This document shows positions 1-6,440 of a stretch of DNA of 16,111 nucleotides, in pieces; within the stretch, counting starts at the first letter, position 1; every line of letters begins with the position of its first letter. The notes below the pieces were generated by a model. That model saw only the letters and a list, made by a program, of their open reading frames with translations. It was not told the DNA's origin and did no database searches. The stretch is taken from assembly GCA_040400605.1 (NCBI GenBank), contig JBBAPZ010000019.1:43232-59342 (forward strand). Direction: 5' to 3'. The stretch is from Candidatus Sericytochromatia bacterium (lineage in GTDB: Bacteria; Cyanobacteriota; Sericytochromatia; S15B-MN24; JAQBPE01). Position numbers and translations under genes: made by a program.

Positions 1-368
1 CCTTGGGCAATCAAGCGCGTGTCCCCGGCGCTGAAAACGCTTTGCTCGCCAAGCGTCGCCAACGTCCCACCGCCTTGCGCGACCAATTGGCTGGCGTCCA
101 GTCGCACGGTACCGGACAGGGTAATGGTGTTGGCTGATGGTTTGAGCAGTTTGGCGATCGCAACCGCCGCCGGACCGGCCGCCACCGTCGCTGACGCACC
201 AGGTGTCACCAAGCCGGCACTGGAAGGCTGCACCGACCCCACCACCTTGGCCCTTGGCGCCGTACCAACACTACTTCCCGCCTGGCAAGCCCCCAGCACC
301 TGCAGGCTCGCCAAAAACAGCAAAACCCCGCATCGACGCGAAATCGGGGCATTCATCAACGGCATCAT
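1..368 (-). CDS. Lipoprotein, 5' part only (runs off the left edge); paralog of the gene at 15714
   Basis: Not in the ORF track; translated by hand from ATG 368: MMPLMNAPISRRCGVLLFLASLQVLGA|CQAGSSVG...KLLKPSANTITLSGTVRLDASQLVAQGGG...RLIAQG, open to the window edge. It has basic residues, a hydrophobic core and an LGAC lipobox. GGAGGG lies ~12 nt upstream (381-386). The start could be any of several nearby Met codons. Confidence 0.85.
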   Translation of the reverse strand, partial: MMPLMNAPISRRCGVLLFLASLQVLGACQAGSSVGTAPRAKVVGSVQPSSAGLVTPGASATVAAGPAAVAIAKLLKPSANTITLSGTVRLDASQLVAQGGGTLATLGEQSVFSAGDTRLIAQ

Positions 369-596
369 CGTTTTTGCAAGCCCTCCACCGGGTGGGTTCA
401 CACCCGTTCACTGACGCGCATCCTCATCATTCCCATCGCATCAATTGGCTTAACGCGAATGAGGAATTGATCACCGGTGGCAAGCCGCTCACGTTTTGTC
501 AAAAAAATTTCACGCCCTCACGCAAGTTGACTCAATGACTTGTCTATATACAGTTCATTAACAGATGCACGGAGTCTAGAAAGAGGTTGACCGACC

Positions 597-992
597 ATGC
601 AGATCAGGAAAGCAACATCGCTACCCGAGGGTATGAAGGTTTATCAGCTGGGGGATTCTAGCCAGGCACCTCAGGCGGAGAAACTCATCAAAGAGGCCAA
701 CGTCGATTACATCAAGCTCACCAGCCAGGATGGCAAAAAGAGTCTTTATGCAATCGGTCAGATTGATGACAGAAAACTGCCGAATGGCGAAACAAGCTAT
801 GACTACAAGGGTGATGTTTACCGGGGTGATAAACCCGTTGCCAAGGACAACACGTCAACAGATGTATTCAACGCCAATGCGCAACGTCCGATTTGGGAAA
901 GACTGGTTAAAGTTGTAACAGCCCCGCCTCGAGAAATGTATCCTTGGATGGTCCCGGACCTGCTCGACAAGTTGGTTAAGCGATTCGGTTGA
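597..992 (+). CDS. Hypothetical soluble protein, 131 aa; probable distant paralog of 2272..2568
   Basis: ATG preceded by AAGAGGT (581-587). Charged, protein-like composition. Shares colinear motifs with 2272..2568. Confidence 0.8.
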   Translation: MQIRKATSLPEGMKVYQLGDSSQAPQAEKLIKEANVDYIKLTSQDGKKSLYAIGQIDDRKLPNGETSYDYKGDVYRGDKPVAKDNTSTDVFNANAQRPIWERLVKVVTAPPREMYPWMVPDLLDKLVKRFG

Positions 993-1312
993 GCCAGGAA
1001 CGTTTCCGGCGTCTGGTGATGCTGATGGCGGTCGTGTGACTTGACCATCGCGCGGCGTGATGGAGAAGGTGGTGTCTGCCGGGCATCCGATGCTTCAGTG
1101 AGCGGAATTCTTGTGATCAGGTAATGGCCTCGTGACCGAAAAATGTTTGATCCGCAAAGCGGACGGTTGCGATTTAAATGCGAGTGTCCTCCAAACAGGT
1201 ATCACATAAAGACCGTGAGTGTTTTTATTTCGAGGTGTGTTGAACGGGTGTGTGACGGCGTCGCTCAGATCAATCTCGACACGACTTGTCCATCACCACA
1301 GTTTTTGAACCC

Positions 1313-1350
1313 GGGAGGAAGATCTTGCTACGAGCTCCTCCTCCTCTCTT
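1313..1350. terminator. Stem-loop between convergent transcription units, possible terminator
   Basis: GGAGGAAGA (1314-1322) pairs with TCCTCCTCC (1336-1344), fully on the minus strand with one G-U pair. It lies ~30 nt past the MNT stop. The U-tract is weak. Confidence 0.35.
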
Positions 1351-1376
1351 ATTGGCCCGATCCATCGCTTGCAACG

Positions 1377-1733
1377 CTACGACCATTGGCCTTGGGGGAC
1401 TATCGCACCATCGGCAGGCCAGATCCCCAGTTGGATGCGGCGATCGCCCAGCGACTGGATAAACGCATCCGCCATCGCCCGCTCGCGGGTGGTCATCACA
1501 ACATCAAGCTTCTGCTCACCGATCAGGCCCTTGACCCGCGCCAGATATGCCGCTTTACCCTGCAACGCTGCCTGAAACACACCCTCATTGACAAAGGTGA
1601 ACAAGAGGTCAATATCACCACCACGCAGCTGATCATCGATTCGGCTACCAAAAAGTTCGAGGATCCACGGTCCCTCAAACAACGCTTGCCCGCAGCTCAC
1701 GAGCACACCGGCCTCATACTCACTCAGGCGCAT
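1377..1733 (-). CDS. Minimal nucleotidyltransferase (MNT) domain protein, antitoxin of a HEPN/MNT module
   Basis: LFGSRIDDQLRGGDIDL fits the Pol-beta GS-x9-DxD motif (1649-1608), with a third Asp in KLDVV. Likely start is ATG 1733 (MRLSEYE), overlapping the HEPN gene end by 14 nt; TTG 1739 is an alternative. Confidence 0.92.
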   Translation of the reverse strand: MRLSEYEAGVLVSCGQALFEGPWILELFGSRIDDQLRGGDIDLLFTFVNEGVFQAALQGKAAYLARVKGLIGEQKLDVVMTTRERAMADAFIQSLGDRRIQLGIWPADGAIVPQGQWS

Positions 1734-2148
1734 GGCCAAACAGTCGTCGCGTATCCAGCAACAGTGGGGTCAGGCGCATCATCTCAAGCAGTGCCGCATC
1801 AATGGCTGCGTCGTTGTACTCGTGCACGGCCAGATTGCGCAATTCGCGAATCCGTAACCAGGCCTCCACATCCTCGATGTAACCCGCCTTGGCCGCCGCG
1901 TTCAAAAGGTCGCGCACGCTGCCCCGAAAGGCCGGGTCCTCGTGCAGGATTCGGCCACGAAGGTATTTCTGCAAGAAAAGGTCACTCGCGCGCGCAAACC
2001 GAGCAACGAATCCCTCCCACACCTCAAGCGCCTCATCATCCATGTCAGCGACACGTGGGCGTTGTCCAGCCAGTTTACGCTGACTGTATTCCAGATGGCT
2101 GAGTGCTTTCTCCAGCCATTTTTGCGAGTCAGACAACAAACGGTTCAT
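1720..2148 (-). CDS. HEPN-domain protein (HI0074 / nucleotidyltransferase substrate-binding family), putative RNase toxin
   Basis: 142-aa helical protein with RELRNLAVHEY, i.e. the Rx4H(xY) HEPN motif (1839-1816). EGFVARF and RDLLNAAAKAGYIED are typical of the family. It overlaps the MNT gene. Confidence 0.92.
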   Translation of the reverse strand: MNRLLSDSQKWLEKALSHLEYSQRKLAGQRPRVADMDDEALEVWEGFVARFARASDLFLQKYLRGRILHEDPAFRGSVRDLLNAAAKAGYIEDVEAWLRIRELRNLAVHEYNDAAIDAALLEMMRLTPLLLDTRRLFGHAPE

Positions 2149-2157
2149 GCTCCACTT

Positions 2158-2166
2158 ATTCTAACA
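2158..2166 (-). promoter_or_regulatory. Putative extended -10 promoter (TGtTAGAAT) for the HEPN/MNT pair
   Basis: Minus strand reads TG-T-TAGAAT, ending 9 nt before ATG 2148 and just downstream of an intrinsic terminator. No good -35 element. Confidence 0.45.
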
Positions 2167-2189
2167 TCCAGCAGACCGTTGGAACCATC

Positions 2190-2224
2190 AACAGAAAAGA
2201 GCCAGCGCCGTCAGGCACCGACTC
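2190..2224 (-). terminator. Rho-independent terminator after 2272..2568
   Basis: Minus strand GAGTCGGTGCC-TGAC-GGCGCTGGCTC-TTTTCTGTT: an 11-bp stem with three G-U pairs that form only on this strand, a 4-nt loop and a U-tract. Confidence 0.75.
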
Positions 2225-2271
2225 AGGAGCATACCATCCGGTTCAATGCTGAATGGTTCAACGATTTCTTG

Positions 2272-2568
2272 CTAACCTTGGCGGTTAAACAACCGGTCGA
2301 TAAAGTCGCGGGGGGTATCAACCCAATCCGTCACGCCTTGGGTCTTTTCGTAGGTCTTGCCTTTGATAACCACCCGGCTGCCGTCGGGGAGATTGATAAT
2401 CGCCTGGTCGCGCGACATTCCGCGTTTGGAAACACTGAATACCTGACCCTTGTCGTCTTTGACCCGCATCTCGTCCAGTTGGCCACCCAGCATGGACCCA
2501 ACGACGGAACGCCCACCTACATACGGTTCAATCTTGACACCCTTTGGCATCACAAACAACTGACTCAC
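2272..2568 (-). CDS. Hypothetical soluble protein, 98 aa; probable distant paralog of 597..992
   Basis: GTG start with a strong SD (GGGAGGGAG) 7 nt upstream, followed by a clear terminator. Shares motifs with 597..992. Confidence 0.8.
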   Translation of the reverse strand: MSQLFVMPKGVKIEPYVGGRSVVGSMLGGQLDEMRVKDDKGQVFSVSKRGMSRDQAIINLPDGSRVVIKGKTYEKTQGVTDWVDTPRDFIDRLFNRQG

Positions 2569-2725
2569 GGTGTAGCTCCCTCCCTCTGCGGCTTCGCAGT
2601 GTCCACTGGTACTTCCTGACGCAATGTGCAGCGAAATGCTGACCCTTTACCCGATATCGCGCCAGTAATGGGCAGACTTGCGAGACATCGAGTAAAGTTG
2701 CTTTTAAATGCGGCTTTCGGAATCT

Positions 2726-3961
2726 TTACTTGTTGACTGTCGCACTGGCACCGGATGTCACGGTGGCGCCATTGATGGGCAAGGGCATTTTACAGACTGG
2801 CAACTCTGATGAATCATACGACGCAGCATACTCAGCGGGGTTCAAGACACCATCACCATCTGTATCCAAGGCCCGAAACCGTTCAGCATTCGCTTGACTC
2901 AAGCCCATTTGCCCTTCTTGCAAGCCCAACCACTCCGGCAAGCTCAAGACCCCATCCTGGTTGCGATCACGACGCTTGAACGCCTCATCACGGCGATCGC
3001 TCACCCACGGCAACGGCACCACCTGCACCCCGATGAACTCATCGATACCCAACATGCCATTGCCATCACGATCCAAACAACCAAACCACAGCCGCGCATC
3101 CAATATCGCTGGCGGCGATACCCCATCCGGCACCGGATACCACTCAATTGGTGACACCTCAATGGGTGCAGGAAACGGCTGCACAGCCGGCTTGCCACGG
3201 CGCCAGACACGATTTGACACAGTCTCCGCAGCAAAGGATCCAGGCGCCGGCACAACCGATGCGCTCGTCACTTGAGGCAATTCGTTGGTCCCATCGGGCG
3301 ACAGCATCGGCAAGTCATTGGTCACATCCGGCGCAGGAGCGACACCCGTGGCACAATCCAAAACCCGCTCACCGCTTGCAATCTCTTGATAAGGAAAGTA
3401 AGTGGCGAACTCTTCAAAGCGCAACTGCTTATCCCCATCAGCATCTGCAATCGCAAAGCCGTCGTGGTTCATCCGCAGACCCTTGCCTGGCGTATCATCA
3501 AAAGTAATGACTGCCGTCACCGCCCCCGTTCGCTTCAACGCCTGCACCCGCACCGGCAAAGCCGCAACCTGGCCCGCTTTGACCTGCGTTGCCTCTTCAC
3601 CTTCGCCAATCAGCGTGCCATTGGCATCATACACCTGCACCGCAAGCGTCACCTTGCCCACAGGCACCGCATCAAAGGTCTGCACCGCACCATTGCTTAA
3701 CTCGTTCCGACTCAACTTCCGCTTCATCGCATACTGGTTGCCACGTAAGGTCAAAGCCAAAGTCGCGAGATCATCACCAAGCGACAACACCCCATACGCC
3801 CGCTGGCCCAACGCCGCCACCTTCACCTGTAAAGAACCCTTGCCAGCACTCACCGTTGATGCCACGGGTTTGATCGCACCAACCGACAACCCAGGCACGC
3901 CACACCCCACCACCGACCCCACCATCAATGCCAAAACACCAAGTTTCACAACCTTGACCAT
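2726..3961 (-). CDS. Lipoprotein with an N-terminal beta-rich domain and four EF-hand Ca2+-binding loops
   Basis: Start reassigned to ATG 3961 (GGAGG at 3972-3968). Signal peptide MVKVVKLGVLALMVGSVVG|C. EF-hand loops: DADGDKQLRFEE, DRDGNGMLGIDE, DRNQDGVLSLPE, DTDGDGVLNPAE. Confidence 0.88.
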   Translation of the reverse strand: MVKVVKLGVLALMVGSVVGCGVPGLSVGAIKPVASTVSAGKGSLQVKVAALGQRAYGVLSLGDDLATLALTLRGNQYAMKRKLSRNELSNGAVQTFDAVPVGKVTLAVQVYDANGTLIGEGEEATQVKAGQVAALPVRVQALKRTGAVTAVITFDDTPGKGLRMNHDGFAIADADGDKQLRFEEFATYFPYQEIASGERVLDCATGVAPAPDVTNDLPMLSPDGTNELPQVTSASVVPAPGSFAAETVSNRVWRRGKPAVQPFPAPIEVSPIEWYPVPDGVSPPAILDARLWFGCLDRDGNGMLGIDEFIGVQVVPLPWVSDRRDEAFKRRDRNQDGVLSLPEWLGLQEGQMGLSQANAERFRALDTDGDGVLNPAEYAASYDSSELPVCKMPLPINGATVTSGASATVNK

Positions 3962-3993
3962 CGGACACCTCCTCATCACCTGCACCATCCGCC

Positions 3994-4059
3994 GTATACT
4001 TTAAAAACAATTCACGCTGTTTTCATTTTGTATACTTTATTTGTATACCAATTGTAGAC
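3994..4059 (-). promoter_or_regulatory. AT-rich promoter region with repeated GTATAC boxes
   Basis: Minus strand ATGAAA(4026-4021)-17 nt-TAAAGT(4003-3998). GTATAC at 3994, 4030 and 4043, and GTAGAC at 4054. Confidence 0.45.
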
Positions 4060-4267
4060 GGAAGACAAGCGGGCTTGCTTAAAATTTTGGTTAAACCGGC
4101 GTTCGGCCATTCGGTGCGCGGCATGGTGGGCATCAGGTCGCGGTTTTGTGACTTCAACCATTCAATTCGCCGAACGGGCGGCTGCGCGATGTCTGCGGAC
4201 GCGGCTTAAACAGGCATCACAGGGGCGGCTCAGCCTTTTGTGGTGTCACGCTGGCGCGTTGCGCTCA

Positions 4268-4310
4268 CGTGGTAACCAACGTGCCTTGGTTGACTGCGTT
4301 GGTTACCACG
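4268..4310. repeat. Perfect 14-bp inverted repeat with a 15-nt spacer
   Basis: CGTGGTAACCAACG (4268-4281) / CGTTGGTTACCACG (4297-4310). Confidence 0.9.
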
Positions 4311-4375
4311 AGCGGACAAACAGCCTTGCCAAGCGGCTATGAGGCCGTTTTAGGTGTGCTTGGCCGACGGAGTGC

Positions 4376-4410
4376 ACGGATTGGGTTCGGTGATCCAATC
4401 CGTTGTTTTC
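4376..4410 (+). terminator. Terminator-like hairpin (may also act on the minus-strand J-domain gene)
   Basis: ACGGATTGGGT-TCGGTG-ATCCAATCCGT followed by TGTTTTC on the + strand, ~60 nt from the stop of 4468..5940. Confidence 0.55.
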
Positions 4411-4467
4411 GGTGATGCCTTCAAAGGCTGTGTGTCATTTTGTGGCTGTCCGTGAGGAGTTGAACAG

Positions 4468-5940
4468 TTACGGGCGCCTGGTTGAAGCGTTTGGGGGCCG
4501 TGTGAGGGCTTCAAGTGCCTGTTTGGCGAGCTGTTGGCGAATCGGATTGTCGAGGCTTAAGGCGATACATTGGTTCCACGCTTCGCGCGCGCGTGTGCGA
4601 TCGCCCAGTTGCGCATAACAGCTTGCCAGTTTGGCACACAAGTCGCCATCCGTGGGTGTCAGCTCATACGCCTTTTTTAGCGGCTCCAGCGCATCTTTGT
4701 ATTTTTTTTGAACGAGGTAAACATCTCCCAAGTGTTTGAGACCCAGCAAATGGGTTTGCGTGAGGCTCAATGCTTGCAAAAAGGCAACTTCTGCGTCACG
4801 GTAGCGTTGCGTGGCTTGATGGGCCGTGCCGAGGTAAACAAAGTTATCCGCGCTGGGATTGGCTTCGGCTGCGCGTTTGAGATATTCAATCGCGTCAGGG
4901 AAGCGGCCTTTTCGAAGGCGCATTTGTCCAAGCGCCTCCAAAGCACCGGCTTGGGTGCGATCCAACGCCAAGGCTTTTTTGAAAGCTGACTCGGCTTCTT
5001 GCGTGCGTCCCAGTTGCAAACATGTTTGACCCTTGAGGGTGTGAACCCACGCATTGTCCGGTCCCAGAACAATCGCCTTGTCGTATTCTTCGAGCGCACG
5101 CTCCAGGTTACGCTGTTTCACCAGGATGTCGCCGAGTTTCTCATGCAGGCGTGGGTTGGCACGATCCTTGGCGATCGCTTCGTTCAACAGTGCTTCCGCT
5201 TGTGGATAATTCTGGGTTTGCTGTAATTGTTCTGCTCGCACGATTGGATTGTCGCGCGTGAAATTGTTGTCGTTGAGTACATAGGTGATCAAAGCCCCGC
5301 TCAACAGCATTAAAACCACCGGAATCGCGGCCCCCCAGACCCAGCCCACCTTGCCGTTGCCCGGCTTCTCACTGAAACGTTTCAGCACCGGAAAACGTGC
5401 TTCAAGCATTTCCACAAAACCATCCAAACGTTCCTGCACACGTTCCAGGACCGTGTCCGCGTTTGGTGTGCCGCCTTTGAGCGTCTGGCTGCACTCGTGA
5501 CACCGCGCCTGATCCAGTCGTTGGGTGTTGCGCACACGATTCTTTGACTGACAACGCGGGCAACTCACAATCGCGCCCGTTGGCGCGCGCGGCGACACAG
5601 GTGGCGTTTTGGACGCCTGTTGCGGGGGAGCCGGGCGCGGCTGGGGCCTGGGTGGCGGCGATTGCGGTGGCTGCGGAGAGGCTGTCTCACCTGCCGCCCG
5701 GCCGGGCGCCCGGTCTTGCTTGAAATACTGCGCATCGTAAGCGGCACGCCGCTCCGTGGAGGAGAGCACCTGATACGCTTCGGTGATCAAACTAGCCGTC
5801 TGTGCGTCGCCGCCACGATCCGGATGCTGCCCAAGATCCAGCATCAGCGCACGATAAGCCTTCTTGATCACCGCCAGAGTCGCCTTGGGGTGAACCTGCA
5901 AAATCTCATAGTAGTCTGGCACGAAACGCTGACTGGACAT
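4468..5940 (-). CDS. DnaJ (J-domain) / TrxC-like zinc ribbon / transmembrane / TPR-repeat protein
   Basis: PDYYEILQV...IKKAYR...HPDRGG J-domain with intact HPD (5826-5818); Pro-rich linker; CPRCQSKNRV...ARCHEC (5562-5491); hydrophobic helix WVWGAAIPVVLMLLSGALITYVL; about 6-7 TPR motifs (e.g. HEKLGDILVKQRNLERALEEYDKAIVLGPDN). Start uncertain: ATG 5940, or GTG 6021, which has an AGGAGAGGG SD. Confidence 0.9.
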   Translation of the reverse strand: MSSQRFVPDYYEILQVHPKATLAVIKKAYRALMLDLGQHPDRGGDAQTASLITEAYQVLSSTERRAAYDAQYFKQDRAPGRAAGETASPQPPQSPPPRPQPRPAPPQQASKTPPVSPRAPTGAIVSCPRCQSKNRVRNTQRLDQARCHECSQTLKGGTPNADTVLERVQERLDGFVEMLEARFPVLKRFSEKPGNGKVGWVWGAAIPVVLMLLSGALITYVLNDNNFTRDNPIVRAEQLQQTQNYPQAEALLNEAIAKDRANPRLHEKLGDILVKQRNLERALEEYDKAIVLGPDNAWVHTLKGQTCLQLGRTQEAESAFKKALALDRTQAGALEALGQMRLRKGRFPDAIEYLKRAAEANPSADNFVYLGTAHQATQRYRDAEVAFLQALSLTQTHLLGLKHLGDVYLVQKKYKDALEPLKKAYELTPTDGDLCAKLASCYAQLGDRTRAREAWNQCIALSLDNPIRQQLAKQALEALTRPPNASTRRP

Positions 5941-6440
5941 GACTTCTTTCTGAACGGGTTGGCGCGCTGTTACCCAATCCCGAAACCAAACGGGAAAATC
6001 GGCGCGTGGACAACCAAGCACCTTATTCCCTCTCCTGTCGGTTTTTGACAGACAAACCTTGCTTGAAACGAACGAACCATTTGACACGAAACAACTGCTG
6101 ACTGTCCTCGTCTCGTGTGCAAACGACCGCCCAACCCTTCAGCCAAAATCCGTGGGTTACAAAGAACGCCTCAACTGAGCCGGCGTCTCGAACAAGCATC
6201 ATCGCCAACGCAACAGCGTATCGACACACCACACGGTACATGCTTGCCTGCACGCCCGTTACGTTCACTTTGCGCCATTCATACTGGTCGTCGTGCCCAT
6301 GTTTGCACCCGTCATACACCCTTGACTCACGCCAGTGTGTTTCGTTCAAGCTGCCCGATGCAGCGTGGTTGACGACGGCTTAGTCTGCCAATGGCCCAAA
6401 ACGGTTCACCAGAACGGTTGATTTGAAAGTGAGGTTGGCT

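Noticed and set aside
19..414. 131-aa + strand ORF (and overlapping 203..538, 11..199)
   Set aside because: Shadows of the minus-strand lipoprotein gene, which has an SD, a lipobox and a paralog in this window.
523..552. TTGACT plus TATATA as a sigma70 promoter, and a CAAGT-N10-ACTTG palindrome, upstream of 597
   Set aside because: The -35/-10 spacing is only 12-14 nt and the 5-bp arms are too short to support a call.
597..2568. TA region as a prophage, integron or other mobile element
   Set aside because: No integrase, transposase, tRNA, att-like direct repeats or attC sites were visible.
1143..2619. Long + strand ORFs 1143..2102 (319 aa) and 1942..2619 (225 aa)
   Set aside because: Antisense to the MNT, HEPN and 98-aa genes, which have clear motifs or expression signals; no recognisable domains.
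4268..4310. 14-bp inverted repeat as IS/MITE ends or an attC site
   Set aside because: Only 15 nt between the arms, no target-site duplication, and no transposase or integrase in the window.
6088..6440. Small ORFs and an AACGGTT direct repeat (6400, 6413) in the divergent promoter region; looked for an ops/JUMPstart element
   Set aside because: ORFs lack SDs and motifs, two 7-mers are weak evidence, and no GGCGGTAG element was seen.
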